Shown here piece by piece: positions 48,431 to 57,232 of a DNA stretch of 64,000 bases. The notes under the pieces were generated by a model, which searched no databases, was not told where the DNA came from, and saw nothing but the letters and a program-made list of their open reading frames with translations. Numbering within the stretch: position 1 is the stretch's first letter; each line of letters begins with the position of its first letter. The DNA is from Bacillota bacterium (lineage in GTDB: Bacteria > Bacillota > Bacilli > Bu12): contig JADBKH010000005.1 in the NCBI GenBank assembly GCA_014896485.1, forward strand, positions 7,500 to 71,499. The letters run 5' to 3'. Both the position numbers and the translations under genes were made by a program.

Positions 48431-50635
48431 TCATTTCTCCTTTCCGGCAGTCCAAAGGATTGCGATGGCCAGATAGATCCACATCGCCCCTGCAGCGGTC
48501 ACACCGGTATCGTTGATGAGAAATGCAACCACGCCAGCTGCCCCTGTCGCCCAAATGGCGGACTGCCACGGGCGAGGAAGCGGACGGCGATGATCCAAGC
48601 GACCGCGCCAAAGGGCTACCGCCCCGAGCAAAAGGGTGATGAGCGCCACCCAACGCCAACTGCTATAACCAAGTACATTCATATTGGCCGCCCACTTGCG
48701 GGCAATAATGTTGCCAATGTCAGAAAAATCGCCGCGGAACAAAAGGCCTACAGCACGGCCAATATGTGATGCAACTCCTGGCAGCAGCACAGAAATTCCA
48801 ACCAGCAACGCAACTCCCCCGAAAGCGCCGGCAAAAGTCCATGCCCAAGCACGCCAACGACGCTCTTTCAGGAGATAAAGGCTAAAAAAGAGTGCTGTTC
48901 CAAAAGCAGCGGTGATGGCGCCACCCGCATTGGTGCCCAAGGTCGGCCAAGCCAGGAGCAAAAGCACACCTAAAAGAGATCCTAGTGCAGCCATTTGCAC
49001 CCATCGTCTCGCTCCACCTAAGCTCACCCCAGCCCCGGCTGCCAGCAACGCACTGCCAATCAGTACCCCCATGTACTCGTTGCTGATCCCGTAGTTGCGT
49101 ACGCCCACAATCGGGTCGAAGGAGAGATAAGCATAATACATCGGCCAATCGCCAGCACAAACCGCAGCAGCGACGCCGAGCGCAACCGTTCCCAAAATCG
49201 CAAGGAGTCGACGCACGGGGTCCCGTACGGCAAAGGTCAGCACGGTCCATCCGGCCGTTTCCCCTACCAGCAGCAGTGCGTCGCTCCAAGCCGGCTGAGG
49301 TTCGGAAAGCGTCAAGGTAAGCATGGCCAACGGCACCACAGCCAGCGCTGTCCACAGGGGACGCAGCAGGCGTAAGAGCCCGCGTTGTCCCAGCAACAAC
49401 AGAACCGTACCAATCCCAAAAGCTATGATCAGGATCCACTCATAAGTCGCCAGTACACCACCACGGGTCTGGTAGGTCGTCACTGTCTTGTCAAAGACAG
49501 CGTGCAGGGTCTGCAGAGGATAGGTCACCTCCACGGCTGTTGCAGGTAGTCCGGACATCTGTGCAGGTTGCGACATCCCCAAAAAGTAAAGGATGGTCGG
49601 CGCAATGTCGACATTTTGCACAATTCCTGTACGCCGTGTCGTCGGGCTTGTCCACAATGTACCCGGTGGAATGTTCCCGCCTACTGCAATGACCGGTGCC
49701 AAGCGTTCCCCTTCTTGCCAAGCTTGCGTCGAGACGACAGGGGAGAGAATGATCAGCATCCGGTTGGGACCAAGCAACGGTAACAGTTGGCCGACAGTAG
49801 CATCCAAAGATGCTAAGAAATGTTGTTTTTGCTGTGCATACGCCTGAGGGCTCATCGCTGTAGCGGCACGATCGAGTCGTATGCCGTCGCCCGGATCGAT
49901 AACCGTGAGCGTCGCCTGCGGCAGAATCGCGCTCAATTGGCGGTGAATAGCGGCAGTATCCGCCTCAACGCCGAAAGCAGCCGTCGGTTGCGCCTGAAGC
50001 ACAGATGCTGAGACCGTTCCCCGGTCGACTGCCCCAGCTTCATCCATTCCTATCCAGGGACCATAGCGTTGCAACTGGTCAGGGCCGCTGTCCGCGTTGC
50101 CGATGACCGCTGTTGTCCCACCGTAGCGATGGATGGTCTCCCCCAACAATCCAACCACCGCTTTGGGAGGCAAAGACGCATTCTGCTGCGTTGCCTCACC
50201 TACACCAGCGACCAGAACATCGCCGGAAGGGGTGGAACGTCCATTCAAACGCCGGTAGAGTGTTGAACCGCTGCCAGCTCCGACAGGTGTCTGGGATACG
50301 AACTCATTACGATCCAGGGTCAATCCTGGCAACGCACCAGCAACCGCCTTCGCTCCCGCGCCGATCGTTGCGTAGGCATTGCCGTCACTGATGCCACCGC
50401 CTGTCGTGATGTTCATCAACCCCACCGCCCCATCCTCTTCCGCTTCATGCAGATGAGGCAAGGAGGAATCGATCAGATCAGAAAACGAAAGTCTGTCAGC
50501 TACCAATAGAATCACTTGTCGTTGCTGCTGCTGTGCATCAGCTGTCTCAGACGAGGGAAAGAGGGCCATCAGCAAAAGCGCAACGACCAAAGGAAAAGTT
50601 CGTGCTACTACATGAAGTCGACAATGACGCTTCAC
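48431..50635 (-). CDS. Membrane protein with alkaline-phosphatase-superfamily-like extracellular domain (paralog 2)
   Basis: Signal peptide; DRLS, YATIGAG, DIAPTIL; about 10 C-terminal TMs with YGISNEYMG and LGTNAGG. Confidence 0.7.
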   Translation of the reverse strand: MKRHCRLHVVARTFPLVVALLLMALFPSSETADAQQQQRQVILLVADRLSFSDLIDSSLPHLHEAEEDGAVGLMNITTGGGISDGNAYATIGAGAKAVAGALPGLTLDRNEFVSQTPVGAGSGSTLYRRLNGRSTPSGDVLVAGVGEATQQNASLPPKAVVGLLGETIHRYGGTTAVIGNADSGPDQLQRYGPWIGMDEAGAVDRGTVSASVLQAQPTAAFGVEADTAAIHRQLSAILPQATLTVIDPGDGIRLDRAATAMSPQAYAQQKQHFLASLDATVGQLLPLLGPNRMLIILSPVVSTQAWQEGERLAPVIAVGGNIPPGTLWTSPTTRRTGIVQNVDIAPTILYFLGMSQPAQMSGLPATAVEVTYPLQTLHAVFDKTVTTYQTRGGVLATYEWILIIAFGIGTVLLLLGQRGLLRLLRPLWTALAVVPLAMLTLTLSEPQPAWSDALLLVGETAGWTVLTFAVRDPVRRLLAILGTVALGVAAAVCAGDWPMYYAYLSFDPIVGVRNYGISNEYMGVLIGSALLAAGAGVSLGGARRWVQMAALGSLLGVLLLLAWPTLGTNAGGAITAAFGTALFFSLYLLKERRWRAWAWTFAGAFGGVALLVGISVLLPGVASHIGRAVGLLFRGDFSDIGNIIARKWAANMNVLGYSSWRWVALITLLLGAVALWRGRLDHRRPLPRPWQSAIWATGAAGVVAFLINDTGVTAAGAMWIYLAIAILWTAGKEK

Positions 50636-50659
50636 GCTGCACTCATCCGTCTTCTCGTT

Positions 50660-52933
50660 TCACAGCGCCTCCACTTCGCCAGCAGGCTTCCACAAGGCAT
50701 GGATCCACATCCAAAGTTGGCGTCCAAAAAAGGGCAAGTTTGGTCTCGATAAGACCGCCACAAGCCAATACAGCAGGATGAACCCTGCAGCCGTGATGCC
50801 CGTATCGTTAAACAGAAGGGCGCCGATTGCACCGATGGTCATGCCCACCTCCATACTTTGGGACCAAGAGGCGTTTCCATGTCGGCGCAGGACGGGCCAC
50901 AAGACAGCTGCTGTCATCCCTGCCACAAAAAGTAGTACCAGCCATCCTAACCCTGCCGTGCCAACAGTAGCTAAATAGAGCCCTATCTTACTCCACACCA
51001 GGGTGATCACCGCTGCCCATTGGCCACCGGCCACTTCTTGTGAAGCGCGGGTCACATGGGTGGGTGCCGTCGCCCAGAAGGCACTCAACGTAACAAAAGC
51101 CAAGCCGATACAAAATGCGCCCAAAAGGCTTACCACTGTCCACAGGCTGTAGCGGCGCCATAACCCCCATGCAGCTGCTGCAAAAGCCACTGCTGCCGTC
51201 AGCGTCCCTCCGGCGTTGGCACCCAGTGTCGGCCAACCCAATAAAAAGGTCGTACCCGCCATCAGCAGCACGGCCATGTCCCTTTGCCATCGCTGGGGCA
51301 GAATTTCCAGTGAGGGAAGCGCCGCGAACACAAGCAGCAAGCTGCCGATCAGCACACCCATGTATTCGTTGCCGATACCGTAGTAACGACCTCCGGCGAT
51401 GGGATCATACGAGAGAATGGAACGATGCGCCAAGGGACCACCGAGCAATGCGTCGACAACAACCGGTAACCAGGTAAGGAGACCGAGGCCTAAAAGGGCC
51501 CAAGGTCGGGGGAATCGAGAAAGGACCCCTGCAAGGAGCACATCGACACCCAAAAAAAGCAGGAGTGTCTCAACGGCCCCAAAAGTTCCCGCCAAGGGAA
51601 GCAGGAAAAAGCTTGCCGGCGCTGCTCCTATCCCGAGCAAAACGGGCAGCACATACCGATGTCGTCGACGGCCCCAAACCACAAAGACAAATGCAAGTGC
51701 CAACAGCACAAAAAAGCCTACCAAGACGGCAGGCCGTTCGTTGTAGACGGTGATCATCTGATGATGAAATCGATCCAAAAAGGCCACTCCCGTCTTCCCA
51801 GAAGGGACCGTCGACGTTTCGATAGCATCCCCGGCAGCATGTAGCCCATTGAGCCCCAACAGATGGGCAAGCGTTGGCGCCAAATCGATCGAAGTCACCA
51901 GTCCAATGCGATGCGTCGTCGCACTCGTCAACAAGGTCCCTCCAGAAAAAGGCCCACCGACCGCAATCATCGGCGCCAACGGATCCGGCTGATTCGATAC
52001 GGCAGAAACTTGCGGAGAGAAAGCGATCAGAACCTGGCCTGGTCCAAGCTGCCTGCGGATTTGCTCGAACAGCGCATCCTCATGCGACAACGCTGCTCTT
52101 TTCAGTGCAGCACGCTGGGATTCTGCCAGGCCAGGCATATGTTCTGCTCGGAAGAGATCACCCGGATCGACGACAATCAGGGAAGCGTGTTTCATGGTCT
52201 TCCATGTGTCCATTACCGCCCGAGAATCGGACCAGACCCCGAAAGGCGCTGTAGGGTCCAATCGCAGCAATGCCGGTCCCGACGCACCGCCGTCAATCAA
52301 CCCCTGCGCGTCCATGGCCAAGATCCCCGCAAGCCTTTCCTGGGGAATCTCTCCAACAGGTAAGGCGGGCAAAATGGCCGCAGTCTGTCGACCCTGCTCA
52401 TGAAGCAGAGTCCCCAAGTTTTCGATCTGATGCCCTGCGAAAAGGGAAGGAGCTTGCAGAGAGAACAGTGCCCCAGGGAAGGGTGGAACCCCTCTTGTCC
52501 AAGTAAACATCGCCTCGGCAGGAACACCATCGACTTTTTCGCCGATCTGTGCAAAGGTCAGACTAGAGGTGAGGGAAAAGGGACGACCACTGCTGAGCGT
52601 AAGGTAGGTTTGTGCAGGATCGGTCTTTTCCGGTGGAATACGCAGCAAACCTGTTGCCCCAAAAGCAGCCGCCTCTGTCAATGCCGGCGGTGCCAGTGTC
52701 CGATAGTCCTTGTAAGAAAGGTCATCCAACACAAAAAGCGTCACCTGATGTACAGGTGGCTGTGCTGAAGAGGCTTTGACCGGCTGTCCCTCTGTGACAC
52801 CCAGCAGCAAAAATGCGAGCAGCATCCAGCCAACACATGCCGATCGCTTATGTAACTTTCGCTCCACCCGTTTCAGAGCATCCCCGCCTGCCCCCCTACC
52901 GTTTATTTGCTTACAGCTAGAGAACGTCTCCAT
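50660..52933 (-). CDS. Membrane protein with alkaline-phosphatase-superfamily-like extracellular domain (paralog 1)
   Basis: Same architecture: DDLS, YLTLSSG, DLAPTL, GGRYYGIGNEYMG, LGANAGG. True start may be GTG 52867. Confidence 0.7.
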   Translation of the reverse strand: METFSSCKQINGRGAGGDALKRVERKLHKRSACVGWMLLAFLLLGVTEGQPVKASSAQPPVHQVTLFVLDDLSYKDYRTLAPPALTEAAAFGATGLLRIPPEKTDPAQTYLTLSSGRPFSLTSSLTFAQIGEKVDGVPAEAMFTWTRGVPPFPGALFSLQAPSLFAGHQIENLGTLLHEQGRQTAAILPALPVGEIPQERLAGILAMDAQGLIDGGASGPALLRLDPTAPFGVWSDSRAVMDTWKTMKHASLIVVDPGDLFRAEHMPGLAESQRAALKRAALSHEDALFEQIRRQLGPGQVLIAFSPQVSAVSNQPDPLAPMIAVGGPFSGGTLLTSATTHRIGLVTSIDLAPTLAHLLGLNGLHAAGDAIETSTVPSGKTGVAFLDRFHHQMITVYNERPAVLVGFFVLLALAFVFVVWGRRRHRYVLPVLLGIGAAPASFFLLPLAGTFGAVETLLLFLGVDVLLAGVLSRFPRPWALLGLGLLTWLPVVVDALLGGPLAHRSILSYDPIAGGRYYGIGNEYMGVLIGSLLLVFAALPSLEILPQRWQRDMAVLLMAGTTFLLGWPTLGANAGGTLTAAVAFAAAAWGLWRRYSLWTVVSLLGAFCIGLAFVTLSAFWATAPTHVTRASQEVAGGQWAAVITLVWSKIGLYLATVGTAGLGWLVLLFVAGMTAAVLWPVLRRHGNASWSQSMEVGMTIGAIGALLFNDTGITAAGFILLYWLVAVLSRPNLPFFGRQLWMWIHALWKPAGEVEAL

Positions 52934-53030
52934 CTCTTACCATGCATATGGTAACAGTTCCTTCGCGTTGACGGCAACTCCTTTTGGAGGGGGAAGGCTT
53001 TCCCTTCAATGTGCGGTGCAAAAAAGATCT

Positions 53031-54230
53031 TTAGCTGGCGATGGAACGGACATCCGACAGCTGAGCAGGCTGTGCATGCGGCAGTGCAACGACAAAGCAA
53101 GCGCCGGCAGTATACGTCTCATCCAAGGCAATCGTTCCGCCGTGCTCCTCCGCGATCTGCTTGGCTACAGCCAACCCCATGCCTGTACCTGCTTCTTTGG
53201 TAGTATAGAAAGGCTCAAATAAGTGCACTTTTTGTATCTCTGTCAAACCAGGACCGGTGTCTGCGATGCGGATACGGTACCAGTCGTTGGCGATCTCGCC
53301 ATCGATGCGAATCTTCCCACCGTTCGGCATCGCCTCGACGGCATTGCGCAGCAAATTCAGAAAGATTTGACGGCCGCGCCGGGCGTTTCCGACCATTTCC
53401 AAGGGATCTTCGGGCAGCGCATAGATCAATGTAACGTTGTGCTGCCGTGCATACGTCTCAAAGAGGGTCAGCATGGAGCAGAGAATCTGTCGCAAGGAGA
53501 AGCGCTCTGTCGCAACCGGAAACGCCGTTCCCGAGCGAGACAATTGTAAGAAATCGTTGAGAATATCGAGTGCTGCATCCAATTCCTGGAGCATAAGATC
53601 ATAATACCGGCGCACTTCGACCGACTTGTTTGACTGTTCGGCCAGCATCTCCGTAAAACCGCGTACGGTCGTCAAGGGATTGCGGGCCTCATGGACCACG
53701 CCCGCAGCCAATTCGCTGACCGCAGAAAGTTGTTCTGCGCGGGCAAGCTGCTCCGCAAGACGATGCTCCAAAGTAACATCGCGAAACATGACCCACCAAC
53801 CGCGTTCGTCTTCTCCCGTATATACCGCACGCACTTCACACCACTGGGGACCCGAAGCAGTCGTCAGTGCAATCGTCTGAGTAAAAGAAGGGGTTGGAAA
53901 GGGCCAAACTGCCTGCAATGCATGCTGCAAATCCGGTTGTGATGCGGTCATCTCCAGCAGATGCTGTCCAAATAAAGCCTCCTGAGAGATACCAAAGAAT
54001 GCTGCTGCCCGTTCATTGCCAAAGGCGATACGACCGTCACTGCCACACAACAATAAAGGGGCAGAGATCAAACCAACCAACGCGCGCATCGTCGAACTCT
54101 CGCGTAGCGCTTCTCCTAGCTGATCCGATGTAGGGGAGACTTGGCGCGCAGTAATTTCGTTGTGTCGACCCTTTCCTTTCGGCCAAATACGTCGCCTGCC
54201 CCTTTCCTCTTCCGATTGCGTGCGTTTCAT
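53031..54230 (-). CDS. Cytoplasmic PAS-domain histidine kinase (sporulation-kinase/NtrB-like, orphan)
   Basis: PAS region; HEARNPLTTVRGF H-box; NLLRNAVEAM, DTGPG, PFYTTK, GTGMGL. No TM and no adjacent regulator. Confidence 0.88.
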   Translation of the reverse strand: MKRTQSEEERGRRRIWPKGKGRHNEITARQVSPTSDQLGEALRESSTMRALVGLISAPLLLCGSDGRIAFGNERAAAFFGISQEALFGQHLLEMTASQPDLQHALQAVWPFPTPSFTQTIALTTASGPQWCEVRAVYTGEDERGWWVMFRDVTLEHRLAEQLARAEQLSAVSELAAGVVHEARNPLTTVRGFTEMLAEQSNKSVEVRRYYDLMLQELDAALDILNDFLQLSRSGTAFPVATERFSLRQILCSMLTLFETYARQHNVTLIYALPEDPLEMVGNARRGRQIFLNLLRNAVEAMPNGGKIRIDGEIANDWYRIRIADTGPGLTEIQKVHLFEPFYTTKEAGTGMGLAVAKQIAEEHGGTIALDETYTAGACFVVALPHAQPAQLSDVRSIAS

Positions 54231-54299
54231 TCGCTCCGCTTCCCCCTTCCTCATCGCACTCACTCGTGCGTAACGAAGCTCTCTACAAAGAATAAAGAA

Positions 54300-54563
54300 T
54301 GTAGATCATCCACTTCTCTTGTTGGCAACTTTGCACAGTATGCAAGCAAGATGTGTACAATTATGAAAACCATCTCTTTACCTGTCTCGTAGTTCCCTTT
54401 TACCATGCGTATTCTTAGCGTATCGCGCAAAGGAAGATAGGACAAGTCCTTTAAAGAAGCATTATCGAGAGAAAAGAGGCAGAAATTCCAAAATTTTGGG
54501 GAAGTAGGGTGCCATTCCAGGTGTGGACAACCTTTTTGCACAAGCTGGGGATACTGTGGATAG
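54300..54563. promoter_or_regulatory. DnaA-box cluster downstream of tsaD
   Basis: Matches to TTATNCACA with 1 mismatch at 54352-54360(-), 54522-54530(-), 54534-54542(+), 54555-54563(-). 2-mismatch copies at 54306-54314, 54329-54337, 54546-54554. Confidence 0.6.
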
Positions 54564-54566
54564 CGT

Positions 54567-55565
54567 TTATCCTGCCGATTCGATGGGCAGATCAGCTGCA
54601 GCAGTCAACGTTAGCGATGCCGAACAGCCACGCTGCCAGGCATCGAAGGTGGCCGCAGCGACCATCGCCCCATTGTCGGTACACAAGGCGGTGGGCGGAA
54701 AATGAAGGCGGAAACCATCCACCTGCGCAGCTTCTTCGAGGCGCTGGCGGAGCAGTCCATTTGCGGCAACATCACCACCGATGGCGACCAGCTGCTCGCC
54801 AGTTTGGGCGACAGCACGACGCGTCTTTTCAACCAGGACGTCGACAACTGCCGCTTGACATGCAGCGGCGACGTCGGCAGCAGGAGCACCGTGAACAAGA
54901 GCACGGAGGACAGCCGTCTTAAGACCGCTGAAAGAAAAATCAAATCCTGGCTCGTCTAAAAGTGCCCGTGGAAACGCAAATCGGCGGGGATCTCCTAAAG
55001 CCGCCAAACGCTCCAACTGCGGACCTCCTGGGTATGGAAGCTCCAAAGCGCGGGCGACTTTGTCCAACAGCTCTCCGGCGGCATCATCCCGGGTACTGCC
55101 CAACCGTTGATAGACACCATACGCTTTCCACAAAACCAGCTCTGTATGGCCGCCGGAGACAAGCAGGCAGAGCATGGGGGGATCCAGATCGCTTTCCAAG
55201 AGATTGGCAAACAGGTGGGCCCGCAAATGGTGGATTCCAAAAAGAGGGAGTCCCGCACCGAAGGCCAATCCCTTGGCCGTTTCGACGCCAACCATCAACG
55301 AACCGATCAGGCCAGGCCCAAAAGTAACACCGATCCCCGTCAGTTCCGAAAGGCCAACGCCCGCCTGACGCAGTGCCTCATCGACAACAGGCAACAGACG
55401 AGAGACGTGTTCACGGGCGGCCAATTCTGGGACGACCCCGCCATAACGCTCGTGCATCGGAACTTGCGAAAAGACCACATTGGAGCAAATCGATCGCCCC
55501 TCAGCGACAACGGCAGCCGCTGTCTCGTCACAAGAGGTCTCGATCCCCAAAAACAGGGGACTCAC
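54567..55565 (-). CDS. tsaD: tRNA N6-adenosine threonylcarbamoyltransferase
   Basis: GIETSCDET, GGVVPE, HHLRAH, VSGGHT, FSFSGLKT, TDNGAM motifs. Confidence 0.96.
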   Translation of the reverse strand: MSPLFLGIETSCDETAAAVVAEGRSICSNVVFSQVPMHERYGGVVPELAAREHVSRLLPVVDEALRQAGVGLSELTGIGVTFGPGLIGSLMVGVETAKGLAFGAGLPLFGIHHLRAHLFANLLESDLDPPMLCLLVSGGHTELVLWKAYGVYQRLGSTRDDAAGELLDKVARALELPYPGGPQLERLAALGDPRRFAFPRALLDEPGFDFSFSGLKTAVLRALVHGAPAADVAAACQAAVVDVLVEKTRRAVAQTGEQLVAIGGDVAANGLLRQRLEEAAQVDGFRLHFPPTALCTDNGAMVAAATFDAWQRGCSASLTLTAAADLPIESAG

Positions 55566-56044
55566 TGCTCACCCGCCTCACCCTGCTGTGTCCGATCCAG
55601 ATCGGCCCACATGATGTAGGCGTCTTCGTGATTGTCGGTGTAGTAGCCACGCCGCACACCTTTTACGGCAAAACCCAGTTTGCGGTAGAGATGTTGCGCA
55701 GAGGTATTGCTCACCCGCACCTCCAGGGTAATCCCCGAAAGGCCTGCCTGGCGCGCGATCGACATCATGCGCATCAACAACCGTTCGCCAATATGTTGGC
55801 GACGAAAATCCGGATGCACAGCGATATTGGTGACATGGGCTTCGTCCAGGATCAGCCACATGCCTCCATAGGCAGCGATCGTCGCATCGACCATCGCCAC
55901 CAGATAATAAGCGAAATAGTTGTTTGTCAATTCGTTGACGAAAGCGCCCCGTGACCATGGCGTGGTAAAGGACTCCCGCTCGATCTCCTGTACACAGTCC
56001 AAGTCTTCCAACTGCATCCGTCGAAAGGTCAATGTGTCGATCAT
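55562..56044 (-). CDS. rimI: Ribosomal-protein-alanine N-acetyltransferase
   Basis: GNAT motifs HVTNIAV, LEVRVSN, LYRKLGF, YY...EDA; lies between tsaB and tsaD. Confidence 0.93.
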   Translation of the reverse strand: MIDTLTFRRMQLEDLDCVQEIERESFTTPWSRGAFVNELTNNYFAYYLVAMVDATIAAYGGMWLILDEAHVTNIAVHPDFRRQHIGERLLMRMMSIARQAGLSGITLEVRVSNTSAQHLYRKLGFAVKGVRRGYYTDNHEDAYIMWADLDRTQQGEAGEQ

Positions 56045-56745
56045 GGCAATACCTCCTTTCGACGCTGCTCTTGCAACGTCAATGCCTGAACAGCACGTAA
56101 GTATTTCGGTTGAAGCACATGAGGGGCTACCGAACGGCCACGCTGCCACGCAATCTCGGTCGCCAAAGCCAACGTTGCGCCACGCAAGACGGAAGGAGCA
56201 TTGTCAAAAGCCACGGTTTCCCCTACCGCTTGGACGACCATCGGATAAACCTGCTCTCGTTGCGGTGTAATGAGCCACACCGACGTCGTCTGGTTGGACA
56301 GCCATGCAGTCAGTTGGGAAGCAGGAAGAAAAGTATCCTCCTGCAACCGAATCACTTGACCTGCTGTACGCTGAAAAAGGGCAGCAAACAAGTTACCCCG
56401 GCGCGCATCGATGGCGCTTAGAAGCAAACCTTCCGCCTGCGAGGAGGCAGCCATTGCCCACAATGTCGAAAGGCCTACGGCCGGACAGCCCACAGCATAG
56501 GCCAGCCCTTGAGCAGCCGCGATCCCAATGCGGATCCCCGTATAGGAACCAGGCCCGTTAGTGACGCCGACGGCATCGAGCTGGGCAGGCACCAGGCCGC
56601 TGATCTCCAACAGGTGTGCAATCTGCCGCATCAACCGCTCGCTGTGCAGACGCCCGGAGAGGTTGGATTCTGCCAACAGCTGTCCATTTTCTGCGACACC
56701 GATTGCGAGTACATCCGTTGCCGTGGAAAAAGCGACTACGGCCAT
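56041..56745 (-). CDS. tsaB: t6A biosynthesis protein TsaB
   Basis: HSERL, GPGSYTGIRIG, IDARRG, PKYLR motifs. Confidence 0.94.
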   Translation of the reverse strand: MAVVAFSTATDVLAIGVAENGQLLAESNLSGRLHSERLMRQIAHLLEISGLVPAQLDAVGVTNGPGSYTGIRIGIAAAQGLAYAVGCPAVGLSTLWAMAASSQAEGLLLSAIDARRGNLFAALFQRTAGQVIRLQEDTFLPASQLTAWLSNQTTSVWLITPQREQVYPMVVQAVGETVAFDNAPSVLRGATLALATEIAWQRGRSVAPHVLQPKYLRAVQALTLQEQRRKEVLP

Positions 56746-57197
56746 CGTTGAGCCACTTCAGTGAGCAATGCTGCACCCCTTGCCCCTCGTGCTGTCAAGT
56801 GAACCCATCGCTCATCGATCTTTTCCAACGGGGACAATTCCACCCACAACCCGTCCTCTGGCAACCAGGCAGCGACCTTGTCCGCCCATTCCAGAATGAC
56901 CGCTCCCTCTTGTAAATACTCCTCTACGGCGAGCCCTTCCACTTCCGAGGCATCGCGAAGACGATAGACATCAAGATGAAAAAGCGTAATACGGCCGGGA
57001 TAAACCCGCATTAGTGTAAAACTGGGGCTTTTCACCTCTGCCAGGCTCTGGGTACCGGCCGCGATGCCACGTGTCAATGTCGTCTTACCGGCTCCCAAAG
57101 GTCCGGTCAATGCGATCAAGTCGCCGACCCGTAGCACGCTTCCGATGATCTTTCCCAACCGCCCCGTTTCAGAGAGATTCCGCAAATAACCTTCCAT
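56736..57197 (-). CDS. tsaE: t6A biosynthesis ATPase TsaE
   Basis: GPLGAGKT, SPSFTL, HLDVYRL, EWA motifs. Start uncertain. Confidence 0.93.
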   Translation of the reverse strand: MEGYLRNLSETGRLGKIIGSVLRVGDLIALTGPLGAGKTTLTRGIAAGTQSLAEVKSPSFTLMRVYPGRITLFHLDVYRLRDASEVEGLAVEEYLQEGAVILEWADKVAAWLPEDGLWVELSPLEKIDERWVHLTARGARGAALLTEVAQRWP

Positions 57198-57232
57198 CCT
57201 TGCTCGGCTCCGCATCTTAGAACAATATTGTA

